Positions 8,789 to 18,681 of a stretch of DNA of 64,000 nt are shown one piece after another; position 1 is the first letter of the stretch; each line of letters starts with the position of its first letter. The position numbers and the translations under genes were made by a program. This DNA comes from Candidatus Poribacteria bacterium. Lineage in GTDB: Bacteria; Poribacteria; WGA-4E; WGA-3G. Location: NCBI GenBank assembly GCA_964291315.2, contig OZ219753.1:1088001-1152000 (forward strand), in the 5' to 3' direction. A model generated the notes under the pieces. The model worked only from the letters and a program-made list of their open reading frames with translations, was not told the DNA's origin and searched no databases.

Positions 8789-10333
8789 TTAGAAGTGTGT
8801 AGGAGGTTCGAGTTCCTTCAATTCCCACAAAATGTGTCCAAATTCAGACGCCCCCGCAGCGTTACCGCTAACCAGCTCCGCGTCAATCCCCCATGCCAAT
8901 TTGTAAGCCGCGAGGATCTGTGTCAGTGAACTTTCTACGCTGCCATGACAGAGCAGGGCAGCAGTGCCACCGCCGCCGCCACCCGTAATTTTAGCACCGT
9001 AGATACCGCCGCGTTTCCCGATCTTCCAAGCGATATCTACGAGACCATCAACTTCAGGAGAACCAAGTCCAGCCAAGTCACGATAACTCACGTTGGATTC
9101 GTACATCAGGCTCCCCGCCTCTTCAAGATAGCCAGAAGTGTTCACTGGATCTTTATCTACGTTTTTTAGAGCTGTTATGAACTGCTGAACGCGTGCATTC
9201 TCATAAACAGCATGTTCTACTCGGTTTTTCACGACATAGGTCTTCTCGGGCTCTACCTGTGTAGCTGTATCAACGGTTTCACCGTACCTTTCAAGAAACA
9301 CCTTACCCTTTATCTTTGCAGGCAGAAGGTGCTCACACTGGTTGTGAAAATCTTGTACAGAAAGATTGCACAAGTAGTTATCCGCTAATGCCTCCGATAT
9401 TTTGCGAGCTTGATTGTCTAATTTATGCCCCGAGCTCTCTTCTACAAGAACCGTATCTGACGCAAAAGCTGCTTTGAGGATAGTCAACCCGATAAAAGTC
9501 CCGATGCGTGTGTCAATATAGGCATCACTCGCGGTGCTCCTATGCACCTTCGTGTAGATGCCGACAAAGCTCACATTTGACGGAAGTGACATGAATTCCA
9601 GAATCTCAGCAGGTTGACAGAGCAGTGAGAGAATCTTTGTCGACCGGCCTGCGACAGAGGTTACCTGATCCATAATGCCACAAGGAGCACCGACAATCCG
9701 GTTCTCAACGGTTTGTGCCAGTCCTGCGATCTCCATCATGTCTAGCTCTAAATTATAAAGTTCATTGAGCACCATCAACGTTGCAACCTCAATGGCTGCA
9801 GAGGATGCTATGCCGCCCCCCATCGGAATATTGCTATTGATAACAATAGTCCCACCGTGTGGAAATCGGTCAATTTTTCCCTCCTGAAGAAGTACATAAA
9901 ATGCCCCGAGTATGTACCCTGCCCAGGCTGTCTTAGGGTCTTTTTTAAAGCATTCTCGGACCTCCGGATACGTTTTAAGGGTGCTACCAGCATAGAAATT
10001 ATCAAGTGAGAGATAAAAATGAGGTCTCAATTTGCTCCCGGCGTTGAGCGTAACCGCACACAGCTTTCTATCATCTCTGGCCTGCCCCGCGGCGATCGCA
10101 TTTCGATTCAGCGTCATCTCAAGTACGTTCGCACCACAGTAATCGGCGATGCCGCCCATGATATCGAGCCTCGCGGGCGCACAAGCTACAATTATCCTTC
10201 CCCTTTTCTGTAGACCATGCGAAAAGAAAAGCTCTGGCGAGTCGTCCTGTAACAGGTATTCCAACTCAGAGACCTGAAAAGGTTGCACCCTGGGGCCGTG
10301 GAGTTTTTCAACTTTCATCTGTCTTAATTCCAA
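8789..10333 (-). CDS. GHMP sugar kinase (galactokinase/L-arabinokinase-like)
   Basis: 'APARLDIMGGIADY', 'IPMGGGIASSAAIE', 'GAPCGIMDQ' and 'GAKITGGGGGG'. Confidence 0.9.
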   Translation of the reverse strand: MELRQMKVEKLHGPRVQPFQVSELEYLLQDDSPELFFSHGLQKRGRIIVACAPARLDIMGGIADYCGANVLEMTLNRNAIAAGQARDDRKLCAVTLNAGSKLRPHFYLSLDNFYAGSTLKTYPEVRECFKKDPKTAWAGYILGAFYVLLQEGKIDRFPHGGTIVINSNIPMGGGIASSAAIEVATLMVLNELYNLELDMMEIAGLAQTVENRIVGAPCGIMDQVTSVAGRSTKILSLLCQPAEILEFMSLPSNVSFVGIYTKVHRSTASDAYIDTRIGTFIGLTILKAAFASDTVLVEESSGHKLDNQARKISEALADNYLCNLSVQDFHNQCEHLLPAKIKGKVFLERYGETVDTATQVEPEKTYVVKNRVEHAVYENARVQQFITALKNVDKDPVNTSGYLEEAGSLMYESNVSYRDLAGLGSPEVDGLVDIAWKIGKRGGIYGAKITGGGGGGTAALLCHGSVESSLTQILAAYKLAWGIDAELVSGNAAGASEFGHILWELKELEPPTHF

Positions 10334-10425
10334 GCTATTCCGTTTATCAATCTCTTGTCACAGAGGTTCACTGGTTCCTTCTGGGATCAGGAAAAAGTTT
10401 CGATAGGATCCGGCAGCCAAAAGAA

Positions 10426-11760
10426 TCACGGAACCTGAACAACTCGTTCCTCGAATTCAGAGCGCTCAATCTGCTTAAGAGTGTTTTGCCCTCGCTTTTC
10501 ATAAAAAGTCCAGCGGTCAGGCTTCTTCTCATTAGCGAATATGCCGAAGAGGGCATCAGTAACTGCTAGATACGATTGTAACTGTTCTACGCCGGGCCCT
10601 ATATATCCAATTTTCTTGCATTCCGCAATAGCTAGCAGTTTTTTTTTCCCATCAGTAAGCACAACGTCAGCTCTCCCGGTATAGGATCCCATCTGAATTT
10701 CATATTGTAGTTCTATAGAATATTTGGGAAATTGCCTCCTAAAATAGCCCACAACAGCCCGTTCGACCACAACTTCACTTGGTACTTCATTTAGACTGCC
10801 TATAGGTAAGTAATTAAAAAGCAGATTTTGCTCTACAGGTATTACTTTGGTCTTATAGGTTTTATAGGGAATTTTACCGTAAGTACCATTGGGCCGAACA
10901 GCCTCTAATACATCGTCTACTTCGTCAATAAGGATCGCGCCATTTTTGATTAATTCATGACACCCTCTTGAACGTTCCGAGAGAATCTGGCCAGGGACTG
11001 CAAACACCTTTCGTCCTTGCTTGTGTGCGTGTTTGGCTGTTATAAGCGATCCACTGTCTATGGGTGCTTCCACTACGATTGTGCCGAGCGTTAAGCCGCT
11101 AATGATACGGTTACGTATTGGAAAATTTTTCCTTTTTGGAGGCGTGTCCATCGGGAATTCAGAGATAAACGCCCCAGATCGTGCGATTTGTTCAGCGAGA
11201 TCAGAATGCTCAGCGGGGTAGATAGTGCTTAACCCGTTCCCCAAAACCGCGATCGTTCTACCGCCGCCATCAAGCGCACCGCGGTGTGCGCAAGCATCAA
11301 TGCCTTTTGCCAATCCGCTGACCACCGTCGTTCCTCTTTTGGCGAGTTGAGAACTGAGCCGATAGCTTACTCGCCGCCCGTAATCCTGTGCCTCCCGAGG
11401 GCCAACTATGGAGATACTGCGCATATCCTCGGGCTTCAATTCGCCTTTAACATAGAGCACCGGCGGTGGAGAATTAATGTTTTTTAGAAGCAGTGGATAC
11501 GCGTCATCGTAAAACGTTAGGATACTGCACCGATGTTGGCGAATAAGCTCTAACTCACGTTCTAGTGGATAGTGAACCAACCTAAAACCCGCAGGTATAG
11601 TGCCACCAATCTTCTGAAGTTCCTCCTGTATCTCCGCATCTGATGCTTTCAGCACTGCTACAGCACTGCCAAAAGCTTCAACCAATTGCCGAACTGTTTT
11701 CGAACCCACTCCCTGCATCAAGTTGAGATGAATTAGACCTATTGTTTCATCCGATAACAC
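10426..11760 (-). CDS. dprA: DNA-processing protein DprA with a C-terminal PD-(D/E)xK (HsdR-N-like) domain
   Basis: 'PPVLYVKG', 'VVSGLAKGIDACAHRGAL', 'FPIRNRIISGL' and 'SGSLITA'; C-terminal 'GRADVVL...IAECKK...QLQSYL'. Confidence 0.9.
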   Translation of the reverse strand: MLSDETIGLIHLNLMQGVGSKTVRQLVEAFGSAVAVLKASDAEIQEELQKIGGTIPAGFRLVHYPLERELELIRQHRCSILTFYDDAYPLLLKNINSPPPVLYVKGELKPEDMRSISIVGPREAQDYGRRVSYRLSSQLAKRGTTVVSGLAKGIDACAHRGALDGGGRTIAVLGNGLSTIYPAEHSDLAEQIARSGAFISEFPMDTPPKRKNFPIRNRIISGLTLGTIVVEAPIDSGSLITAKHAHKQGRKVFAVPGQILSERSRGCHELIKNGAILIDEVDDVLEAVRPNGTYGKIPYKTYKTKVIPVEQNLLFNYLPIGSLNEVPSEVVVERAVVGYFRRQFPKYSIELQYEIQMGSYTGRADVVLTDGKKKLLAIAECKKIGYIGPGVEQLQSYLAVTDALFGIFANEKKPDRWTFYEKRGQNTLKQIERSEFEERVVQVP

Positions 11761-11905
11761 GATGTTGATCCTAGTAACACGCTCCGAGTTTCACTCGAAG
11801 AGTCAAGGTTTGCTATCATGTTATGTCAACTGGGTTAATTTATCAACTCTTTTTATTTTTGGACTTATACGGATTAATCCGGGTCGCCGCATGAGAAACA
11901 AGCCT

Positions 11906-13510
11906 CTAAGGATTGACGACCCTAACATCTTCTCCATCTTTCAGCGAGTGTTGTCCTGCCGTAACGACAGCCTCTCCTTCCATAAGCCCACTCAATACTT
12001 CAGCATCACTGCCCCGCAGCAGACCAATTTCCACTGTGCGCCGCCGGCTAACACTGTCTTCAACGATAAAGATATTTTGTGTTTTGGTAGCGGTATCATC
12101 AATCAGTGAAGCACGCGGAATCAGAAGAGCATCCGTATTCACTTTAACAGGCACGGTGACTTTCGCAAACATTCCCGGCTTGAGAATCCCCTGCGGATTC
12201 TCAATAAGAACCTCAGCGGTGGCGGTTCGTCGAGCCGCTTGTAGCGTAGGACTAATAAAAGTAATAATACCTGACAGCGGCGTATCTATACCCTCGATCT
12301 CTATTGTTGCCTCCCGATCCAGCCCTAATTGGCTCAACTGCGTCTCTATAACATCAACAGTGGCAGTGACAGTATCAGTATTAACAATCTCAAAAATTGG
12401 CGCTGCCGGAAGCGCCATCCCACCTAAATCTAAGTAGCATTTGGAGATGATCCCAGAAATCGGCGCGTAAATTGTGGCATCCTTTAAACGCTTTTGAGCA
12501 AGTTTGACGGCGATGTGTGCTTGGGTCCGCGCAGTTTTCGCCGCCGTAATCTCTCCCTCCCAACTTCTTGCAGTCTCTAAGGCCTTGGCGGTCTGCAGTC
12601 CAGCACGGGCGGTTTCTACCTGTGAATGTGCGAGTTCAATGTCTTTTTCCCAGGTTCTTGTAGCAAATTGGGTTTCTGCCAATCTGAGAGAAGCCTCTGC
12701 TTGCTCAACCTGCGCCTCCATGGCCTGCACATCCTCAACACGCGCACCGTTATCTATCAGTTGGAGCTGCTCCGTAGCAATCCTATGCTGTGCTACAGCG
12801 ATGTCCAACTGCGTCTTCGCGCTCTCAAGAGATTGCTGGCTAATCGCCCCGTTCTCGTAGAGGCGCGCCATCCGATCATAATTGCTCCTAACGTTACTGA
12901 GATTCGCGTCGGCTTGGCTTAGACCCGCTTCTGCTTGCCTCCGGTCTTCATCGCGGGCCCCGCTTTTAATCTTCTGAAGATTAGCGACAAGTGATTCTAA
13001 TGCTGCCTGAGCCTGTTCTATCTGTGTGACTATTCGGACTTCAGAGAGGTCAACTACCTGTTGGCGTGCAATTTCTGCGGCGCGAAGTTGTGCTTCTGCT
13101 TGGATAACTTGTGAATGCACCCTGACTTCCGCAAGCTGTTGTGCTTGCGAATAGGCGATGTCCGCCGATTCTAGCACAGCTTCTGATTGTTCCACTGCAA
13201 GTTGTAACTCTTCGTACTCCACAGTGGCGAGCGGCGCATCCCTTTGCACACGGTCCCCTTCATCCACATTTAAGGTAACAAGCCGTCCAGCAATCTTCGG
13301 GTAAACGCTGACTTGGGATTCTGCTTGAATCGTTCCAGACAGCTGATGCTCTAAACGAATCTCACCTCGTTTGACTTTTGTGATTTCTACCGGCTTAAGC
13401 GTGACAACCGAGGCTTGTTGAGACACCGGTTTTTGACCTTGCATGAACCTGGGTACAGCCAAAACTGCGACCGCTAATAATATGCCGATACCTATCAGTA
13501 CTTTCTTCAT
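11906..13510 (-). CDS. Efflux RND/ABC periplasmic adaptor (membrane fusion protein) with a long coiled coil
   Basis: N-terminal TM; 'VDEGDRV', 'IYAPISGII' and 'LKPGMFAKV'. Confidence 0.92.
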   Translation of the reverse strand: MKKVLIGIGILLAVAVLAVPRFMQGQKPVSQQASVVTLKPVEITKVKRGEIRLEHQLSGTIQAESQVSVYPKIAGRLVTLNVDEGDRVQRDAPLATVEYEELQLAVEQSEAVLESADIAYSQAQQLAEVRVHSQVIQAEAQLRAAEIARQQVVDLSEVRIVTQIEQAQAALESLVANLQKIKSGARDEDRRQAEAGLSQADANLSNVRSNYDRMARLYENGAISQQSLESAKTQLDIAVAQHRIATEQLQLIDNGARVEDVQAMEAQVEQAEASLRLAETQFATRTWEKDIELAHSQVETARAGLQTAKALETARSWEGEITAAKTARTQAHIAVKLAQKRLKDATIYAPISGIISKCYLDLGGMALPAAPIFEIVNTDTVTATVDVIETQLSQLGLDREATIEIEGIDTPLSGIITFISPTLQAARRTATAEVLIENPQGILKPGMFAKVTVPVKVNTDALLIPRASLIDDTATKTQNIFIVEDSVSRRRTVEIGLLRGSDAEVLSGLMEGEAVVTAGQHSLKDGEDVRVVNP

Positions 13511-13544
13511 TTTTTCTCCTTATAACCGGCCTCGTTAGGCAATT

Positions 13545-13642
13545 GTATCTGTTTTATAGCCGTTCGTTCTCGGATGTTTTTTATCACTGCACATGCTTCG
13601 TAGACCATGACGTATCTGTTTTATAGCTGTTAGTTCTCGGAT
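13545..13642. repeat. Two 31-bp direct repeats (2 mismatches) separated by 36 bp
   Basis: GTATCTGTTTTATAGCCGTTCGTTCTCGGAT (13545-13575) and GTATCTGTTTTATAGCTGTTAGTTCTCGGAT (13612-13642). Confidence 0.85.
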
Positions 13643-13681
13643 CCGTAGCTATCAGTAAGTAGTTGTAGGCTTGCGGTTATT

Positions 13682-15085
13682 CTATTGCAGCGCTTGTCCT
13701 ACCGCTTTTTCCAACCTCGTCAAGCCGACCACGTAATCGTGATGTGCTTGGAGACGGTTAACTTCTGCTTGAGCAAGGGCAAGTTGCGTGTCAGTCAACG
13801 CAACCGTGGTAATAATACCATTTTCGAACTGTAGGTTCGCAATTCGGACGCTCTCCCGGGCTTGAGCAACGGCCTCACGTTGAACATCGATAAGCGTTTG
13901 CGCACTCAAGAGGTTAAGATAGGCAGCCCGGACCTCCAATTCGACACCCGATTTAACTTGGTTTCCACCTAACTGAACCTGTTTTAGAGCGTATTCCGTT
14001 TGTTGCACAGCCGCACTCGTTGCGAAGCCATCGAAAATCGGAATATTAATTTGGAAACCGACGCTCCATATCCTATTCATTTCGGTTAGTCTTTCATTCC
14101 GTGAAATTTGGTAGTTTGAGAACAGACCGAGATCAGGAAGGTGCCGAGTTTTGGCAATATCGATCTGTTTGCGAGCCGCTCGCTCGCTCAGCTGCGTGCG
14201 ATGCACCTCAGGCCGGTTTTCAAGCGCCCGTTGTACCAATTCGTCGAGATTTAACGCCAGTCTTTGGCGGTCTCCCGGTATTTCGAGGGTACCGTCGACA
14301 GTTACATCTCCAGCAATCGGTATGTTAAGCACTGTTTTATAAGTGTTTTTAGAAATGCGGACCCCATTCTCGGCCCGAATGAGACCCGACTTGGCGTTCG
14401 CAAGTTGCACCTTCGCGCGAAGCACATCAAAATCAGTCGCCGCACCAACCTCAACGGATGCTTCTGCGATTCCAAGCTGCTTTTCGACGAGTGAGACACT
14501 CTGTTGGGCAACCCTGACGAACTCCTGCGCAACCAAAGCGCTATAAAAAGCCTCGGATACGTCTAAACGAAGTTGGTTATAAGCCGCATCAACCTCGCGC
14601 TGAGTTGCTTCGTAATTGAGTTTAGCGGTCTGATAGCCGTAATAATAACGGCCCCAGGCAAAAACTGGCTGTGTTAGGTTGACAGTGCCTTGGAGGTTGT
14701 GATGTGCCCCAAATTCCAATTCGATCAACTCTGCCTCATTCTCCACACTAGGGGGCGGCATTTCATTCATCTCTCCGCCCGGCATGGGAAACCCAAAACC
14801 ACCCTCAGCTCGGATTACTGATTTTTGAACATCTTTGAAATAGGTGTAGTTACCATTAGCTGTAACACGAGGTAAAAGCCCTCCAAGAGCAGCGCGAACT
14901 TGTGACTCGGCAGCTTTCAGGTTTTGCTCAGCAATCTGAATGGCCAAATTGCTTTCCTTGGCAATTTCGATGCTTTCTTCTAATGTTAAAACTTTAGGTT
15001 CCCGCGCCGTAGCAGAAAAGTTTAGTAAGAGTAATAGCAAGGCTCCGCCAACACCGACGAAATGGCAGAACCGCGGTAGATGCAT
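13682..15085 (-). CDS. TolC-family outer-membrane efflux protein
   Basis: Signal peptide; 'LTLEESIEIAKESN', 'ALENRPEV' and 'IPIFDGF'; two OEP repeats. Confidence 0.93.
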   Translation of the reverse strand: MHLPRFCHFVGVGGALLLLLLNFSATAREPKVLTLEESIEIAKESNLAIQIAEQNLKAAESQVRAALGGLLPRVTANGNYTYFKDVQKSVIRAEGGFGFPMPGGEMNEMPPPSVENEAELIELEFGAHHNLQGTVNLTQPVFAWGRYYYGYQTAKLNYEATQREVDAAYNQLRLDVSEAFYSALVAQEFVRVAQQSVSLVEKQLGIAEASVEVGAATDFDVLRAKVQLANAKSGLIRAENGVRISKNTYKTVLNIPIAGDVTVDGTLEIPGDRQRLALNLDELVQRALENRPEVHRTQLSERAARKQIDIAKTRHLPDLGLFSNYQISRNERLTEMNRIWSVGFQINIPIFDGFATSAAVQQTEYALKQVQLGGNQVKSGVELEVRAAYLNLLSAQTLIDVQREAVAQARESVRIANLQFENGIITTVALTDTQLALAQAEVNRLQAHHDYVVGLTRLEKAVGQALQ

Positions 15086-15206
15086 CGTGGTCGTATCCTC
15101 CGGGATTTAGGTAAAGGCGTTTTCCACAAAAGTTCGCCTCTGTGAGTAACATTTATGAAATAGGTAGACAATCGATCTTACCCACCTATAATTAGGGAAA
15201 CAAAAT

Positions 15207-17096
15207 TTAATAACGGATGATGGTGGTACCATCGCCAACTGCCCAAATTTGCCCGCTTGGAGTTTTAACGAGATCCCATAGATCGCTTTCCGTAGGTGAT
15301 TTTTGCGTCAGCCAAGTGACTCCTCCATCGGTTGTGTGGAGAATTGAACCTCTTTCCCCAGCTGCCCAACCTTCATTAGCATCGCGGAAGAGAACAGCAT
15401 TGAGGTTTGCATCCGTAGGTACCGTCTGATCAATCCATGTAGCTCCACCGTCGGTTGTCGCCATAATGGTACCTTGATCACCAGCAATCCAAGCTGTCTG
15501 ATCGCTAACGGCGTAGACATCGTTCAACTTCGGCCCTTGCAAGATAGAGATCCAGTTTTGTCCACCATCCATAGTTTTCGCAATAGTTCCCGCGTCTCCA
15601 ACTATCCATCCAATATTGTCGTCTATGAAGTGGACACCGTAGAGATTATTAAAACCTGCACCTGTCATCATTGGATCCATCTCTTGTCCATGCCATGTCT
15701 GCCCCGCGTCTTTTGTATGCATAACGCGTCCGGTTTCACCGACCGCCCAAGCGTGTGTTGACGTTCCGAAGCTCATCCCGTAGGATCCCATCGCGCTCCG
15801 CCAACTCATTACACCTTCAAAAATGATGCGCTCAGCCGTGCCGTGCCCCTCATCACCCGGATCACTAACCCCGTGCCACGTTTTCCCGCCATCGAGCGTT
15901 TCCGCCAATGCTGCATTACTTCCAACAATATACCCCTTGTTTTCATCAACGAATCCAACACCGAAGAGCTCAAAGACATTTCCACTCGATTGCGGGTTCC
16001 AGGTTTCGCCGCCATCGTTAGTGTGGAGAACACTTCCTGATAAACCGACTGCCCAACCAACGTTGTCATCGTGGAAATGCACACTCCGTAGATGACTCGA
16101 ACTAGAGATGACATCCCAAGTATCGCCCCCATCGGTTGTGTGTAGGATGGTTGCGTCGTTTCCAACCATCCATGCTTCAGTTGGACTGAGCATGTGGATA
16201 CCTTGTAGGCGCGATGCCACCGGTCGATATTCAAGCGGTGTCCAAGTGGTACCACCGTCTGTTGTACGCAAAATTACACCAAATTCAGCGGCAGCAATAC
16301 CGACGTTTTCATCGACGAAATGGACATCCCAAATAGGCTCGGGCATCCCGTTAGAATGTGGGACCCTGCTCTTTTGATCTTCCCACTTTGTGCCATAAAC
16401 TGTTGCGACGATAGCTCCACCGGCCCCGACTGCCCAACCAACTTTGTCATTTAACATAAAGATAGCATCAAGTGTGTTGACTGTTGCGCTGGTTTGGAAT
16501 TTCCATGTTTCTCCTCCGTTTTTGGTATGTAGAAGCGTGCCGCCGCCACCTGCTGCCCAACCAACTGTAGGACTCACAAAATGGATCCCTTCGATTGTAT
16601 TGTTTGTATCGAGCTGCTGTTTTGTCCACGTTGTTCCGCCATTTTTGGTATGGATGATGAGCCCGCCGTCCCCGCTTGCCCAACCGTGTTGCGCATCGGC
16701 GAAAGAGACAGCTAACAAGGCAGTGAGAGTACCCGTGCTTTTTTTCATCCATGTCTGCCCGCCATCGGTCGTTTTCAGGACCGTACCGTCGTCTCCAACA
16801 ACCCAGCCGGTTTGCCGGTCGATAAAGCGGACCTTCTTTAGCACAATGTCAAATGGCAGCGGTTGACTCGGCTGTCTGTTCCAAGTCTTCCCACCGTCAA
16901 TCGTATGTAAAATTATTGAATTGCTACCTACAATCCAGCCGTGTTGCGCGTCTACAAAAAAGACATCCGAAAAGTGCGCATGCCACTCAGATTCACTCAC
17001 TTTCATCCACGCTTTTTCCGCGATCGCAAACTGCACGGTGCAGAGCAGGAACAAGGTTACTAGAATAGATAATATTTGTTCTCTTAGTTTCATCAA
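15207..17096 (-). CDS. YCF48-like BNR/Asp-box repeat beta-propeller protein
   Basis: Signal peptide; about 12 'GW.VG..G.IL.T.DGG.TW' repeats. Confidence 0.9.
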   Translation of the reverse strand: MMKLREQILSILVTLFLLCTVQFAIAEKAWMKVSESEWHAHFSDVFFVDAQHGWIVGSNSIILHTIDGGKTWNRQPSQPLPFDIVLKKVRFIDRQTGWVVGDDGTVLKTTDGGQTWMKKSTGTLTALLAVSFADAQHGWASGDGGLIIHTKNGGTTWTKQQLDTNNTIEGIHFVSPTVGWAAGGGGTLLHTKNGGETWKFQTSATVNTLDAIFMLNDKVGWAVGAGGAIVATVYGTKWEDQKSRVPHSNGMPEPIWDVHFVDENVGIAAAEFGVILRTTDGGTTWTPLEYRPVASRLQGIHMLSPTEAWMVGNDATILHTTDGGDTWDVISSSSHLRSVHFHDDNVGWAVGLSGSVLHTNDGGETWNPQSSGNVFELFGVGFVDENKGYIVGSNAALAETLDGGKTWHGVSDPGDEGHGTAERIIFEGVMSWRSAMGSYGMSFGTSTHAWAVGETGRVMHTKDAGQTWHGQEMDPMMTGAGFNNLYGVHFIDDNIGWIVGDAGTIAKTMDGGQNWISILQGPKLNDVYAVSDQTAWIAGDQGTIMATTDGGATWIDQTVPTDANLNAVLFRDANEGWAAGERGSILHTTDGGVTWLTQKSPTESDLWDLVKTPSGQIWAVGDGTTIIRY

Positions 17097-17558
17097 GCTT
17101 CACAGCGTTAAAACACACCCATCAGATGTAGAGTCAACGCTGACCTCCTTACTTCTTAGAGAGCGGCCCGCAAGCAACGCCCTTCGTGTTAAATAGTGGT
17201 TCGTACCGTTGAATAACCGGGATCTCAAGTTTATATGATTCGTCCTACATTTCATTATATACTACCACTACTTCGCAATTCATGTCAACGGAAAACTAGC
17301 ATCACTTCAGAGCACTCAGTTTCCTCATCGGGCGGATTTCCAAATTTCGACCAAGACACCTCTGAGAAAAATACTCGTTTGTTAATTCCCGTAAACCTCA
17401 CCACGCAGAGTGCTTCTACACCAGCTATCACACTTTTCTTGACATCAATTCATCCGTATGCCATACTAACTAAAAGCCTTTTTCGGGCTTGTTATGCAAC
17501 TGTTAACATCGATCAAGAGATGCTAAGACTTCATTTTCAGAAAGGAACATCTATTATT

Positions 17559-18614
17559 ATGGACCCAGTAAAAGTGGGCGTGATTGGTTGTGGTGTCATC
17601 GGAAGCAGACATCTCAGTATCGCCTCAGAGGCCCCGCACATTGAGCTGATCGCCGCAGCGGACCTAATCGAAGCGAACAGAAAAACTGCCACCGAACGCT
17701 TCAATCCACCCCAAATGTACGCTAACGGTTTTGACCTGCTTGAGGATGAGACGATTGAAGCGGTTGTTCTCGCCTTTCCGACGCAGTACCGAACTGAGAT
17801 AGCCCTACGGGCATTTGAGAAAGGTAAGCACGTTCTAATTGAAAAACCAATCGCGATGAACGCTGCTGAGGTTGGAGAACTCATCGCTGCCCGAGGAAAC
17901 TTGGTCTCAGGATGCTGCTCCTCACGCAAACGTTTCACGTCAGCTGCACAACTTGCAACGCAGCTCATCACAACAGGCGGGTTGGGAGACCTCCGGACCG
18001 TTCACTGCCGCGCTATCATCGGGGCGCGAGAGAAACCAGACAACCCTCGACCAGCTTGGCGACTCACTAAGGCACTCAACGGCGGCGGTATACTTGTCAA
18101 CTGGGGCTGCTATGACCTTGATTATCTGCTCGGCATCACCGGTTGGCAGCTGAGACCACAAACCGTATTTGCCCAAACGTGGACTATACCTCAAGTGTTT
18201 GAATCACACATCGCCCCCGGTTCCGACGCTGAAACGCACTATACTGCACTCATCCGATGCCAAGGTAATATTGTTCTAAGCGTGGAGCGCGGAGAGTTCA
18301 TGACAATGCACTCGCATGCAGCATGGGAAATTATCGGTACAGAAGGTTCTCTTAAACTGAATATGCAAGATGAAAAACTGAAGAGCAGCATTTACAACCG
18401 CACAACTACAGAAGGCGGCGTAGAGACTGTATCGCTTTATGAAGCAGGCGAAGCACCCGAAATTCCACATAGCACCCCTTTGGCTGATTTCGCTGCTGCT
18501 ATCAGGGAAAACCGGCAACCCTCGACAAATTTGGAAAAAGCACTTGTTGTTCAAAAAATAACCGATGCCATTTACACTTCCGCAGAGACAGGGAATGCTG
18601 TGGAAATAGACTAA
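17559..18614 (+). CDS. Gfo/Idh/MocA oxidoreductase
   Basis: 'VGVIGCGVIG', 'HVLIEKPIA' and 'GGGILVNWGCYDLD'; start set at MDPVKV after an AAAGGA RBS. Confidence 0.92.
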   Translation: MDPVKVGVIGCGVIGSRHLSIASEAPHIELIAAADLIEANRKTATERFNPPQMYANGFDLLEDETIEAVVLAFPTQYRTEIALRAFEKGKHVLIEKPIAMNAAEVGELIAARGNLVSGCCSSRKRFTSAAQLATQLITTGGLGDLRTVHCRAIIGAREKPDNPRPAWRLTKALNGGGILVNWGCYDLDYLLGITGWQLRPQTVFAQTWTIPQVFESHIAPGSDAETHYTALIRCQGNIVLSVERGEFMTMHSHAAWEIIGTEGSLKLNMQDEKLKSSIYNRTTTEGGVETVSLYEAGEAPEIPHSTPLADFAAAIRENRQPSTNLEKALVVQKITDAIYTSAETGNAVEID

Positions 18615-18641
18615 AAACCCAACAACTAGTTTTACATATCA

Positions 18642-18665
18642 AGGCGCGCTGTGCAAAGCGCGCCT
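18642..18665. terminator. GC-rich hairpin between convergent genes
   Basis: AGGCGCGCT-GTGCAA-AGCGCGCCT. Confidence 0.55.
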
Positions 18666-18681
18666 ACATAGACAAGTGAAT

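Noticed and set aside
13545-13642. CRISPR array call
   Set aside because: Only two repeats, no palindrome, and no leader or cas genes. Kept as a repeat.
15207-17096. Photosystem II assembly factor (photosynthesis)
   Set aside because: BNR/YCF48-like propellers are widespread, and there are no photosynthesis genes nearby.
17235-17558. 108-aa N-terminal extension of the Gfo/Idh/MocA ORF
   Set aside because: The Rossmann fold and RBS start at 17559, and the extension spans a divergent promoter region.
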